Counted from the whole stretch's first letter, positions 18,624 through 33,295 are shown. The stretch: 55,691 bases of DNA, filler included, from Platydemus manokwari (GCA_037951405.1; 5 parts of 5 records of this genome joined end to end with filler, not necessarily neighbours in it), one strand, 5' to 3'. Numbers and translations: made by a program. The notes: generated by a model from the sequence alone, not told the origin.

Positions 18624-19755
18624 ATGGAAACAAATAATGTTAATCTAAATGATGTCAAAGAAACTAGTATTGGATATGATTTAAAATATTGTGACTGCTT
18701 GGTATGTATTCATTATCGGATTTAACAATTATTTTCTGATAATAGTCAAAAATTTGTGGATGTGAAGTAAATTCTCGACTTACTAAAGGTTTTATCGATA
18801 GCTTGTTAAAGTACTTTCAAATAAAAGATATTGTGGAAAGCATTACAAATGGTGAAAGATTAAATTCAATTTATCTTTGGGGAACTGAAAATAGATCGAC
18901 GAAAGATTTGGAAAACTGGTTGTCCGATTATATGCCATTTAAAATTGAATGGATAAATGATAACTCGTGCAATTTAGTTTTTGATACCATAACGGAATGT
19001 TTCGTTGTATTAGAAAATTTGACTGAAGACTATGAGTTTGATAATGACGCGGATGTGAAACGAAACAAACCAGAGGAAGTTTTGTATGATGGTATATATC
19101 GACAAGTTATAAACTTACCCGAGGGAACAGAAAAAATGTTCATGAGATTAGCGAATAAAAGTAATGTTTTAAATAGGTATTTGATTGCTTAATTTTCTGG
19201 AATACTTTAATTTTAAACTTATATAAGTTTTGTATGTGCTTAACAATTTTTCATAATTATTTTTTTAATTAATTTAGTTATCGATACTTTTAATTCTTAT
19301 TAGTATTAGCAGTATTATTTAATTAGGTGATGTCAAAGTGAAAGGTGCTGAAAAGTATAGTCGATTTTATTTGACTCATGGCAATCCTCGATATAATAAT
19401 ATGAAGGGTCTAACATCGAAATCTTTTCGTGAAAAACTTAAACGAAATCATGATTCGATATCTCGTGAAATCGATAATGATGAGGGACTTGTTGTTTATG
19501 ATGATTTACCAAAGGTTGATCAAGATGCACCAGAGACCGACGAATCAGACAAAAATGAAGATGATTTTGAAAACTCGGGTGTGGAAAAGAAGCGTAAAAT
19601 GATTTCCAGCATGAAGCTCTATAGTGATCGTATCGAAGAGAGGTAAATAAGCTACTGTTTATTATTGGTTTAGAAATTATAAATCTAGAAGTTATCGAGG
19701 TGGAAGACTAAAAATGGACGAGAAGAAAAAATCTGTTCACAGCAGATTGGGTTAA
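18624..19755 (+). CDS. NCBP3: Nuclear cap-binding protein subunit 3 (C17orf85/DUF2414), ~291 aa; exons 18624-18701, 18746-19160, 19327-19642, 19689-19755
   Basis: RRM-like RLNSIYLWGTENRSTKDL..IEWINDNSCNLVF and MRLANKSDVKVKGAEKYSRFYLTHGNPRYNNMKGL match NCBP3 signature motifs; C-terminal SVHSRLG; intron phases consistent. A 39-nt in-frame intron at 18789-18827 is possible. Confidence 0.9.
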
Positions 19756-22013
19756 ATATTGAGATTTTTTTCTGATATTTTGTAAATATATTTGTTTTTT
19801 TTTCAATTAAAAGTGACTTTGATTGCATTTTTCAAACTTATTTGATGAAGATTTTGTGATAAAATGGTTTTTTAAAACAAATTATTTAACAAATGACTTT
19901 GATCAATATTTTATGAGTTTGAACACATTTTTTTAAATTTTATAGATTTTTTATGTGTTATGCTGTTTCCCCATGTATCTATCTATAATGATTCAAGTTG
20001 AAATGATAGATGTTTGAAATTTTTCAAATAGCGTTTAATTTTTATGATTGTTTTATATTGGTTGATCTCATCTTCAAAATGCATATATTGATTGATAAGG
20101 GTAATTTGATTTGTGCCGTTTAATCGATGTCAATCATCTGTGCTGATGTGAAAGAACTTGTTTCGTATTTTTGAGGCAAATCATGGTTTGGTTATTTGAC
20201 TACTGTGTACCATTAAATTAGTAAACTCAATTGGGGTTGGAAAAGAAATTTTATTTGAACAAATTATGATTACGGAATCCGCTTGATTTGTTTCAATGTC
20301 TTTGGAGTTACTTTTTATAGTGGCTCGTGATTGGAGAACTTGTTTGAATTTGTGTTGGTAGGAAAGCTAATTCAGATTTTGCGATCGTGTGGAATGGTTG
20401 AGCGAATGAAGAAATCATCTGGATTGCTTGAATCCGTCAGGGAGGATTAACCACTTATGATGAACAATCTCTGTTAAAGAATCAAGCTTAGAAATCAACC
20501 ATTTGAAGTTTTGAATTTCGAATTGTCAGTTCAAAAATAAATAGTCAGAAGTTAAGGAATCTTAAAATTGGAAGGTTGAGTTCTTCTTGATTTCCAGGGA
20601 CAGCCAAAACCTCGAAGAATTGAATGGCTTAAAAGGATCTCAAAAACAACGGGAGACGGAAGTCAGATAAAAAAAATGATATTTGTTTTAATATTAAAAA
20701 ACAATCGGAGCAATTTTTAAATAAAATAAAATATTGATGCAAACGAGTTATCTTTTTACTAACTAATTTGGAGGCAAAACATTCTGATATATCACAGGGT
20801 GTTGCCCACAGCATCCAATATTCTTCTTAAAATCTAAACATTGTTTTAAGGTAGACTGTGCTAATGTTTTTGTACTTAATTTATGAAAATTGTTGAATAT
20901 TTAATTAATAGTTTTTTGTGTGACTGATAATCATGAATAATAATTAACATTTTCGTTAGAGCACAATGTTGAAAGAGTAGTTCAGATTAATTAGAAGATA
21001 TAAATTACAAGATTGCTCAGAATTTATAGTCGCAGTATTGTTAGAAGTGAAGGGGAACCATATTTGATTGAGTTTAACATCTTAATAAATTTTGATAATA
21101 CGCTTTCTCTAAGTGTAATAAAAGAAAAAAAGTATCAAATCAACGTAGTTTTCTGATATTTACTATTATCTTTTTTTTATTATTGAGACGGATAGCTAAT
21201 TTAAGAATCTGTATTCAAAATTCTTGGATATAAATTGAACGAACTTATTGACGTTTTGAGTTTCAAATAAGTAGAAATCTTTTGATTGCTTATATCGTAC
21301 TCAAAATGACGGTTAATACATCCAACTCTAGGAGTAAAACCAGGTTACCTTTCTTCAGATTTGTTTTTGAGGGCATATACTGGAATATTGGTCTTCTGCG
21401 CCAGATGATCTTCTACTGTGAAAATTAAATGATGTGTCTTCTCAAATTGATGTAACGTACAATGTCGTCTTAGCAAATGTGAAATTGTACGCAGTGAAAA
21501 TTCAATGGCCGTATTGAGTGTGATTACTGCCTTACAGAGGCAGTGCGAATATTCTCTGCGATTAAATCTAATGCCAGTGAATTTAATTTTATTGATAGAA
21601 TTTATTCACTGGTGAGAGAAATTCTCTCTGAATAAATTTATTAGGCAGAGAAAATACCTCTCGATTAAATTTAATCGATCGATTATTTTATTCTGTGACA
21701 GAATTATTATGCGTGAAAACAAATGACAATTTATTTCTCGTTGTAATTGCGCAATATCTCATTGCGTATTGATATTTTATAAATTTATTTATTATTTTAT
21801 TTTAGAGAATTTCGAGAGATTTGCTATTGGTGGTTTTATTGAAATTGTTATTTTACAGATATATAAATAATAAAGTAGTTGTATAATGGTGGTCCGAACT
21901 CGAATCCTAAACAATCAATTTTTACTATCTCAGTATATATCACGAATGGCACATTTTTGCAATTAAGGAAAGAAAACAGGATACTAACCTTAGAGTATAA
22001 AATAAGTATATAA

Positions 22014-22113
22014 NNNNNNNNNNNNNNNNNNNNNNNNNNNNNNNNNNNNNNNNNNNNTTAATTAATTAANNNNNNNNNNNNNNNNNNNNNNNNNNNNNNN
22101 NNNNNNNNNNNNN
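22014..22113. other. Assembly gap with synthetic linker
   Basis: 44N-TTAATTAATTAA-44N. Confidence 0.95.
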
Positions 22114-22360
22114 TAATGATAATATTAGCAATAATAATAATAATATACAAAATAATAATGATGATAATAATAATAATAATGATAATAATATTGATAACAT
22201 TAAAAATAATAATAATAATTAAATAATAATGAAAATAATGATTATATTAATAATAATAATAATAATGTTGTTAATAATAATGACAATAACAATAATATCG
22301 ATAATAATAGTAATAATAATAATAATAACGATGATAATAATAATAATGATAATAGTAATC
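22114..22360. repeat. Degenerate (AAT)n microsatellite
   Basis: Long AAT/GAT/AAC array abutting a gap. Confidence 0.9.
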
Positions 22361-25300
22361 ATGGAAGTAGGAACAATTACATTGAGATCGCGTCAATAAG
22401 AATAAAACATCAAAATTATAAATTTTACGAATCATTAATTAGGTGTTGACATCGATTTAGTTTTTTACTTAACCACATAGAGAAAGAATCTTTTTGGAAA
22501 TTATATGCTCTAATGATTCCTAAATTAATCCGAAATAATGTGCACATATATTTAAGTAATTATTATTTAATTACTCGCTCACCAAATACTTCATAAAATC
22601 TCCTACAGATGAATAAATATTCGAATCGATTTTTGTTGAAAACAAATTTATTCAAGGTTTGTTAAGAAATATGAAAAAAAAACTTTTAAATCATTCAGCA
22701 TTTATCAGTTAAAATTACCGACAACACATCATCGCGAAGGGTTGATAATTTAATACGGAAACAAAATTAACAAAGATAACCGTAAAGATTTATTATTGAT
22801 AATAGAATATTGATTAACTGATTTATCATTTTAGGAAAAGTGAAAGTCAATTGGCGACGTCTACGGTCTTAATTTGAATGACAGCAATAAATATAATTGA
22901 AACAATGAGGTGTTTTTAATTTTGCTTAGATTATTTCGTAACTTGAACTGGTTCGAGAAAATTTAATAATTTCTATAATTTATAAATTAATGATTTTCGA
23001 ACACTTATTGCGTGAAAAACGAATGAAATTGTTGTAGTATTTGTTGGGAAATTTAAAATAAAATAGTGGAAGGTGCTATGAAAAATCGATTATTTAAATT
23101 TTTTCATCACTTTTTTTAAAAATCTAATCCAACCGTTAATTCGACATCATCAATTTGAATTAGCATACTGAAATTAAGGGATGAGTTGATCGGTGACGTA
23201 ATGAGAAATGAGTATGTTAGATTGATATACAATGACAAAATAAGAATTTTACTTCAAAAACTATTCTTAATTAATTCTCCTTGACAATTTGTTTCCATTC
23301 TCTTTGAATTAAGAGTATTTTTACAGTATGTTGAATACGAATGAGTGCACAGTCACAACTAAGTTATTTTTCCCAAATAATCAAGCACTGAAGTACATGA
23401 TTCAGAAAAAATTTACATTTACTGACACTTAAAATTGTACCAAAATTAAAACGGAAAAATCAAATTATATATAAATGTTGGATATATCAATCAACAATAT
23501 ATATCTGAAAATTGTATTAACCAAAATATCCCAATCAAAATGTCCATAGCTGCAGTAAATCTTTTCACAATTCACAATAGAAATCACTCAATACGGGATC
23601 AGCACCCGAAAGTCAAAAACAGAATGGAATGTAATCAAAAACACTAATTACTAAAAATCACAAAAAGATAAGCTTAACACTCAAGTTACCGATCAAAAAA
23701 GACTGTCAAATATTCATGGAACTCAACCTTTTTCATAGACCTATCAGGTATATCTGCTTGATATCAGGAATCTTCATTTTACATTCGCCGAATTTGTTCG
23801 TAGATCGGTCTACTTAAAATTTTCTTCGCATCTCTCGTACCATCGGTGGATATTTGATCTTGCTGTCATCCATAGGCATGTGCCTGTAAATTATTAGCTT
23901 CTAAATATGGATTAATATTAAAACAAATCTGATTGATTGATGACACGTGTGTTTGTCGGGTCTGTGTGTATCAACCCTTTTTAGGGTTCTTTCTTTGGTT
24001 CTTGTAACCCCTTTGATTGATTTGTGATTTATCCAACCGAAATAATGAATTATCGAACAATTAACATAAACCAAATAAAATCGTATATTAGAAATTAAAT
24101 AATATTGTTTATTAAATGGTGCATGTGAATTTTGGTGTTTGTTATCAATTGTTGGAAGGCGCCAGTCTATTATTGAATTTTAAATATGGATTAATATAGG
24201 TTATGGCCACGAGCTCCTGTCGAATCTGTGCGTTTCAACCCTTTCGCGATTATTTCCATGGTTTCTGTGAATATTTTGGTTTCTTTTGTAACCTACCCAA
24301 TAGTTATAATACATACATTAAATTTATTAATACACAGCCTGCACTTCGGCACCACTAAGAATTCGATACTGATAGAATTGTGCTACCATATCTCAACTGA
24401 GGCAGCTAATAAACTATAACCACCATCAAATTCCATCAGAACACATCAAATTGAATTCTAAAATTAAAAAGAAAATCGATTCATACATCGAAAATTCATT
24501 ATAAGGAAATTAGATCAGCGAATCCCTATCAATAGATTTGATAGATTGATCTTATTTATAATTTACGTTTTTCAAAATTCTCTCTTCATTATTAATAATA
24601 AATATTTGAACTTTTGCTCTGTCCACTAATTCTAGTAAAAATATATTACTGTAATTACAAAATCGAAATCAATATTTTAATCTGTCTACCAATCTCATTG
24701 TGATGTACACATATTTTATAAAGATTGATTTTATGCAAAAAATGTTTTGCTATTTTTAAGACTGAAAGAGAAATCAAGAATTTTAATCAGCATTATATTA
24801 ATGGATAATTAAATTTCAAATATACCTACAAGCAATTGTAATTTATTTGTATCATCGATAAATCGATTTGTAGCGATTTTATTCTTATGTAAATCTAAAA
24901 TTTAAATTTTAAAACCTTTAGTAAAAACAATATTCCTGAGTTATTATACTGAGCTGACTAAATTTTCCATCATCCGGAATAAGACAGATAATTTATTTTT
25001 TAAAAAAAAGTGTTGTCAAACATGTCGTATTTCAATAAGTGATGATGATTTATTTGATATTGAAAATAGTCGATTTTACAAATGTAGCAGAATTTTTGCA
25101 CGAATTTTTTAATTTATTTCGAATTAGAAAAATACCAAAACTTTCAATGACAAAGTAACGACGATATTGCATATGGAGTACAGTCTTATTAAATTCGTCT
25201 GTCGACATGAAATTCTGAATGATAATAAAGAAGTATTGGAATTCTTGATAGAAAATCAAAGACTAATCAAATCATTATCCGCGGGATGAGCGCACGAAAG

Positions 25301-26268
25301 TTTAAACAAAAAACTAAAATTGAAATAAAAACAATATCAACTCAAAATGCACAGCTAGTATCTAAAAATATACGTAAAGTAAAGGATCGATACATACAGA
25401 TTCGACAAATACACGTTAGATGTTTCTTATATATCAATCCATATATAGAACTCGATAATCAATTGATATACACTAAAAACAAGCAACAAGCATTGATATA
25501 TACCAATAGCACGAGAGCTACAAGAAAATTTGCTAATAACCCGACGTTCAAACGGCTTTATCGAATGAAAAGTAAAACCTGGAGACATCGATTAAACACA
25601 CACCATAAGTCTATAAAAGGAATTGGATCTCATGAGGATCTACGAGCCTATTTTAGTCGGAAATTAGTATCTTTGTGACTTTCTATCAACCAGGCTTTAT
25701 CGCTTGCTTGGGATGATTATCGATTTAACTATTGAGTGTGATTCTCTGAAAAATTGGTTTTCTGTAAATTCTTGTATTCTTTAATAATAGTTACGTCATT
25801 TTGGTATTTAATGTCAGTAAATATCGTTACTATACAAAATTACAACAATAAATATTTGATTTGGTACATTATTGTATGCACATTTTGATTATATCGATTA
25901 TTTTGTTTACCTGTGGTTTTCATCAAGTCTTAAATCGAGGTTTCTAAACTAATCTATTTTCTGACCAAGGGAAACCAAGCTATTTTTAAAATTTAAACTT
26001 GACCGTGATATAAAATTATCTTGTAATTCATAAATCAGCAACTTAATGTTCCCAAACCAAAACTTAATTCTGTGTCTTACAAGGATTTTTAATCAATACA
26101 TTTTGATATTTCAAGCCTTTACCAAGTCTTGATTTTAGAAAGGGCGTTAAAAAGAGAACATTTACACAAGTGAAACAGCTAAATTTCACTAAACGAGCCC
26201 TTAAATAAATTAATAAAAATTAATTTTCAAAAATTAGTCGAAATTTTTTTGTAAATCTTTAAGAATTA

Positions 26269-26604
26269 TGCTGGGAGTCCCACCCAATCAAACTAATCAA
26301 TTCAACTATCTTTAACTCCATTCTGCACTATACATAATTATATGACCCAAGTAAATACAATTTTCAATACATGACTCAAGCAAATACAGTTCCATAACTT
26401 CAAACCATATAATACATAATTATATAATACAAACAGCTATTGTATATGCATATGCACATACTGTCTAATACACATATTGCCTAAATAAAACATAACCAAG
26501 TATACTCTTGACTTTGGACTTCGAATCTTAACAAAAGCAGAGTTCTCCTCCTGCAAACAATTATCCCATGTGACGATTTATCCTCTGTGACTACTTGTGT
26601 AGCA
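26269..26604. mobile_element. Possible solo LTR
   Basis: Ends TGCT...AGCA; flanks AATTA/ATTTA differ at one base (possible TSD). Confidence 0.4.
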
Positions 26605-26714
26605 ATTTATCGAATTTTTTTGTTATAAACAATTTGATATTCATGGTGTGTATGCTTAATAATTTTATGTCGTTTAGTTTGAATTATTTTTATTTGAATT
26701 ATTTTTATGTTAAG

Positions 26715-27392
26715 TGTAACGAAATGTAGGGAGAAGAATGGTAGTAGAGTACGGGAAAAAGGAATAGAATATATTAGAAATAATTCAGTAAATGTTAGTA
26801 GAAATAATAATACATTAAAATCGTAATAAAATATATATTAAAATTGTATAACAAAATATATGTTAAAATTATATATAAATAATTATTAGAGTTATAACAA
26901 AAAATAGTAGTAATAATAAAAACAATAATATAATATAATTAAAGAGATGAGCATTAACAAGTTAAAAATAAACAAGAAATGAAAGCGGAGGCCGTTAACA
27001 GAGGCCAGAGAAGTTGCCAAAAATGGAAACGCGGGGACAGTACAGCAAGGTATAAATACCGAGCTGATTTCAGAACGAGCAACAACCAACAAAATAAAAC
27101 ACAACATCCAAAGCCACAACTGAAAACACTACTACAATAATCAAGCAAAAATATCATTGTCAAGTGAATTCAGAAAATTGGAAGTAGGAATCATTCAACG
27201 GCAGAACTATAGTGAATCAAAGGAAATTAAAAGGAACCAAGAAAAACCAGAAGACGTGAACCGGGTCAATCTTTATTATCCAGAATAATTGAACTACGAG
27301 TTTTGCGTGAAAAGAATATTTCTTGACGCCGCTGGTTTGGGAATTTCATTGCGTGGAGTAAGGTTCACTTAGTTTTTAGCTCATCTCTCACA
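26715..27392 (+). mobile_element. Possible solo LTR
   Basis: TGTAAC...CACA ends, internal TATAAATA (27051) and AATAAA (~27093); no TSD match. Confidence 0.4.
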
Positions 27393-29025
27393 ATTCAATT
27401 AATTAATTAGAATAATCTATTATTGGATAACTTTAACGGTCATAACTCTCGTGATTTAATTAATCAATTGACATAATTTATCATTTAAAGCTCGATAATC
27501 TTAATTGTTATCAATCGATCCCCTAATATTTACAACGTTTGCTGAACCCATTGAAATATTAATGAAAATTTTAACTTTTATGTCAACACGATAATTCGTA
27601 TTCTAATATGTCAAAATCTTTTCCTATCTAATTGACCACTGCTCCATCCTCTTCAGATTTTGTCGGCTACTTGCTTAGGCAACGGCGCTGACCATTTACT
27701 ACATTTTTGTTAATAATTTCGGCTACTGTTCCATTTTGTTTCTAAATAAATTATTTTATACTGATTGTCTTACCGACTTATTGAAACTCAATATATTAGA
27801 CATCGTAATAAGAATATATAGGTCGTATAGCACTAACTAGAATCAAATAAACGATTCATTAAATTCATGTTTCAAAGCCAATTATCTACTCAGTTTTCTT
27901 ATTGTAATTAAATTAAATTTAGGTAAGGTATTAATTGCCTTTACTTTAACGAGACCTTTAGTTAAATTCAATAATTATTCCAATAGCGTGGTCTTCATAG
28001 CCGTTATTGAAGCCTCTTAGAACCAGTAAACAAAAACAACAATCCTAACACCCCCATTTTCATTTTAAATAATTAAATAAAATAAAAACATGATATATAT
28101 GAAATAAAAATAACAAAATACCAAGAAATTTTAAAAATCGAAAAAATAGAAAAATAAAATAAAATCTTCTACCATTATTTTTTAAAAAAATTATTATCAG
28201 TATTATATTTATTGTTAAAGGTGTGGCCTAAATATGATCCAATACATCACAGAAATTATGAGCCTATTAATAATAAACATCACTTATATGTTTCAATATA
28301 TTGTTTCGAAATCCAAAAGGCGTTATTATAAACTAATCAAAATAGTTAGCCTATATCCGTTAATATTCATTGCTAGCCGACATGTGTTTGCAATTATTAT
28401 TTTGTCATTGATCGAATATTGATTTCAGATTAGAATTCGATATTATTTCTTAGATTATATTACCCATTCAAGTGGATATGGAAATGGATAGAAAAATACA
28501 TTTCTAGACACTACTTAAAAGAAAATATCCACAGGAAAAAAATTTATTGAGAAAATAAACCATACATACTAATTGTGTATTGAAACTGGACGGAAATCAA
28601 ATTAAAAATGATTTGTCAAACAGATTTATTGAAATCAAATTCAACCATAGCGATCTAAGAAATAGCCATGATCAGAACTTTACAAGATTGAGATACCAGC
28701 TAAATATTCATTGCAGTTTTTGTCTGAAAAATATTCCTGCAAATTTCGGATAGAAAAAGGACAGCATATCAAAGCATCGTCGAGAAAGAAATGTCAAATT
28801 ACATGAGAAGCATGCAAGCTTATGGCGTTTTAATCTATAAAAAGATTTTTGTTCATAATTATTTTTGCTCACTTTTCATGGTGATGATTCTAAATTGATA
28901 TTTGGTTTGTCGATCGATGGTTAATATTGGATCAAGTTCTTGCATGTTACTTTTAATATTATTAGTTTTTTGAGAGAAAAATCTGATATAAACTGCTATT
29001 TAAATTTACATAATTTAATAAATTT

Positions 29026-29075
29026 AATAATAATAATAATAATAATAATAATATTAATAATAATAATAATAATAA
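29026..29075. repeat. (AAT)n microsatellite
   Basis: Direct repeats. Confidence 0.9.
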
Positions 29076-32000
29076 TTTATACCCAAAGTGTTACAGGAAT
29101 TTATTCAATAATTTTATACGTTAATTATTATACTTTTATGCATCAATTCGCAATAATTGTGGATTATCATCAGGTTACTGGCTTTAATCCTTTGTTTTGT
29201 ATTAATTAGTCATCGAACTCCAATAATAGATACAATTTTGAATATCCAGCGTCAGTAGATATTTAACAGAAGATTAATCTGATTTAAGTTTTTTTTACTG
29301 TACTCGAAACCTGTCATTTGCTAGGGTAACAACACAGTCAGAAATTTTTTCCTCCCTTTATTTATTTCCGTGTGTGGTCATTTCCATTCTCTTCATAACA
29401 CATCAGTCTGATTATAGAATATTTTCTAAAGTTTTTAATTTTCCTTTTGCAAAATTTTATGATGAAGATGACAAGAAAACGAAAATAGGTATAGATTACA
29501 ATATAAGTTCTTTGTAATGAAATTATCAATGTAATGTCGGAAATCTAGATCACTTATATGTCAGTCATAACCACAAAATTAGTGCCATAAATTTCATTGT
29601 GAAACAGAAAATTTATGAATAATTTACGTACTTCAACAATGAGAACTAATTAGTAAAATTAATTACATTAATAATCAAACTAATGAATTACTCAGACTTT
29701 AATTCTATTTAAATAGAGAGAAATTATATCATACAGACAAGATTCCGGATATAAATTAAAGACTGAATAGAGATATTTTAATGGAAATTTGATTTATATC
29801 AACATTATTAGAACTCTGAAGATATTTGCAGATAAAAATTTATAAGATACAAATATTCATTATTTCAATATTTCATTTATTTATTAATATTAAGCTATTT
29901 TTTAAATTTATTTAAAACTTAGTTTAAGCAATTTATAAAATCATGAATTACGATTATTTTTATTAATTGTTTTTATTGAAAATTCTGATAATTCAAAACT
30001 TATGAAAAAAAGTTTATCGAAACAATATTTTTTGAGGAAATCTAAAATACCAAATATAATATAAAATACCAATATAAAATCAAATAATCACAAACAATGA
30101 GTATCAACATTTTTTTAAAATTAAAATAAAACAAACTTAAAAATCACAAAATTTGTTTAATCGCATCAAAATTAAAAATTGTTTAACCGACCTCAAGGTC
30201 ATAAGGAAAATTTCAACTAATACCTAAGATTAGAAGTTACGCCATGTTCAAAAATAGAATAATAACGAAATTTTCTATAAATAACTATGTTAACTAAAAA
30301 TGGTAACTAACATATTACATACCATAAATAGTATGGCATGATACTAAGTATATGATGTTACTAAAAATAACAACATGACATGTGAAATACACATGTAATA
30401 CATTGAGACATTATATGAACGAGTAAAACTAATCACTCGGCGCAAAAAAATTTAATGCAAAACTATGTCACATCAAATTATTTGAGTAATTATAAAAACG
30501 AATTTTATTATTGGGCAATTTCCTTATCCGTTTCAATATTTATTATTTCAATTATTCTAAAAATTTGTACAATTTCATAATGAACATTTTTTTTATTGTA
30601 AAAATAATTATTTGTAGATTCACGGCTATTTCTAGCCTTGTTGTCTTTTAAAATTCAGTAAGATTTCACTTGGTTCTCCATCTTCATTTTTATATAGAAG
30701 ATTATCAGAGCCCATAGGAGGCACGGCCTTTGCTTTTCTCTTGAGGTTACAGTACTTATACAGTAGAATTATATCTTATCAGCTAGTTATCATAAATAAA
30801 ATATATTTTATCTACTTATCTCAATTGTTATTGCTTGTAATATAATTAGTATTTATATTTTAAATATTATTTAAATTTATTAATTGGGAATTATTTAGTG
30901 AAAAAAACCTTTACTGTTGGAGTCTATATAAGTTAAAGATCTTAAAAACGTCTGATTTATTATTAATATTTAGCAATAAGCTTTAGAGTTTATTGGAGTT
31001 GTGATGGAATCTCATTTTTGTTATATGTCACAAGCTCTATTTAATGTAATATTAAATCAGATTATAGTGATTAAATACTCGACTTCCTTGAATGCGATGG
31101 TGTGTTAGCACTGATGCTCATAATTTTAAGCATATATATAGTTAAAAATAAAGCTATGTATTTGAAGATCTATTCATTTGCATTAGTTTTTGTTCTGTCT
31201 TCTGGGTGTACCAGCAGTTTTATACTATCAGTCGTAATGCGCTTAAAGTCCGAGACATCACTTGTCGATGTTAGCTGTATTGGCATTTAAATTTCAATAC
31301 AAAGATGAATTTAATATTTCTTATTTGAATCATTTCGATGGGTTTTTAAATTCCAATGTTCAATGACACTCAACTCCCTGGTATTTTGCGCGACATATTG
31401 AGAATTTTAAGATCATGCAATAATTAATTCCAAATACACTGCCGTTTTTGTTTATTTTATATATTTATTATTATACTTAGGTTCTTACATGTCGTTTGAA
31501 TGACCTTCATAATTACAATATTTTTTCTCATGCAGCGTATTCTTCGAAACTTCAGATTCAAACAACGCAGAAAATCGATAAGAACATTTTATTAATTGAA
31601 CCAGATTACTCCATTTAGTTATAGCTTAAATAAAAAAAATAGCTTATACAAAAGGTAATGGCAGATATCGTTGACAACTACTTGTCGCTTTCGGTCAGTA
31701 CATTTAACTACAATGATTGAAACATATGGAATAACCTTCACGCCCATAGATTTATTTCTAATAAAGTGACATTATGTCGCAAAGGATTTAGTTTCACATA
31801 TCTCTACTAATTACATCATAAAGCAAACACGAGTGCCAGATTCAAACGACATAAGTAATGTTTGATGACAACTCTTGATGCTCTAACTGTGACTACTACT
31901 ATTCACGATGGTCTGCGAATGTCTACAGCGTTGTCTTTTGGAAACAACGAATAAAGGCGTTCAGTCAGACGCAGGAATCTGAATTGTAAAACAAGCCCCA

Positions 32001-32508
32001 TCAAAACGTTTCAGTAATAAAATTGGCTAAACGATTAATATTTGTGAAAATGGCTATGAAAAAGTAAATTTCTGACAGTGGATAAATAAAAATAAAGGAA
32101 AATAAGTGGTCCACATTGGGATAATTAAGCACCCAGTTATATTATCAATATGTAATATTTTAAGGTGTCGATCTATTCATATATATACACGACTATGAAA
32201 CACACAACAGATAAAATGAGAAATCACCCAAACATTTGAACAATTAACGAGCTATTAAGGGAGAATAGAATCATTGATCCTCCAGACACAAACATTAGGA
32301 ATTAAATAAACATCAAAACATGGTGTTAGAGCAAATATTAGAAATGTATTTTTGAATTTTATAATCTTAAACAAGTCAAGAAAGACAGAATAAAAGATTG
32401 AACTAGTTCTATCGATACAAAACAATGGTGGCAGATCCAGCATAAGTATCATCAGCATCAACCATCCATCCATCTATTATTATTATTTACAGTGCAATTA
32501 CAATTCAA

Positions 32509-33224
32509 TTATCTCATATTTTGCATTCGTTTCATTTTTCGATCTTGTTTTTTCTGTTTTTTATCATCCGTCACTGATTCGTTAGGACTTGGAGCAAAGA
32601 ACCAAGGCCCGAGAAAATTGACCCACAACAATTGAAACAATCTGCCAGGTAGCTTAAAGGAAAAAATCATGCATTATACCACACGATAACATTAAAATGA
32701 ACAATAACTTACAATGAGCAGTAATAAGAAGAAATATCCACTGATTAATGCCAACGTCTGAATTATACTGATGAGCAAAATAACGTCTTTCAAATGTCTA
32801 AAAATAATTTCATTTGAACCAATTTAACGAAATATGTTTTTAATTTACTCTGCAACTCCATCTTTCATATTAAGATCAATGCCAGCATCTAATTCTCGTC
32901 CGGAAATAGTGGCTCTTGCCATGTATTTCATTAAATAATATGATCCCGTAGATAATGAAATCGATATTGAACTAAAAACTAAATATTTATAAGACAACCG
33001 GGACCAAAATAAAGAAACATTGATAAGACCGAACAATATCTGGAAATAAATTCATTAATATACAAAATAACTTGTAAAATATCACTTACATTCACGGCTA
33101 AAATAATGTAAAAGTAAAATTTTAAGGTCTCTAAATTTTCTGAATGTATTTGTTTTTGACTTTTTGTTTTTTCTTTAGTTGGTTTTTTACAAAACTTTGC
33201 CAAAAACGACTTATTTGAGTTCAT
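32509..33224 (-). CDS. TMEM208: Transmembrane protein 208 (SND2/DUF788), ~184 aa; exons 33224-33090, 33039-32849, 32797-32713, 32652-32509
   Basis: KQIHSENLETLKFY, MARAT..LDAGIDLNMKDGVAEHLKDVILL, LWVNFLGPWFF, basic tail KKQKKQDRKMKR; GT-AG introns in phase. Confidence 0.93.
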
Positions 33225-33295
33225 TTTCAATTTGTCGCCAATGCCTAATACGTACTAATGAAATACAAAATGAATATTTAAACAACCTTGATGTA

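Noticed and set aside
21885-21950. tRNA-like B-box/ACCA end on the minus strand
   Set aside because: No cloverleaf can be built; at most a decayed tRNA-derived fragment.
25050-29209. Several 60-130 aa ORFs in the ORF track
   Set aside because: Low-complexity I/K/N/F-rich translations of AT-rich, LTR-like or microsatellite DNA with no domain motifs.
30620-31290. Short coding-looking minus-strand segments (MPIQLTS..., KAVPPMGSDN...)
   Set aside because: Could not be joined into a consistent spliced ORF, and no recognisable motif.
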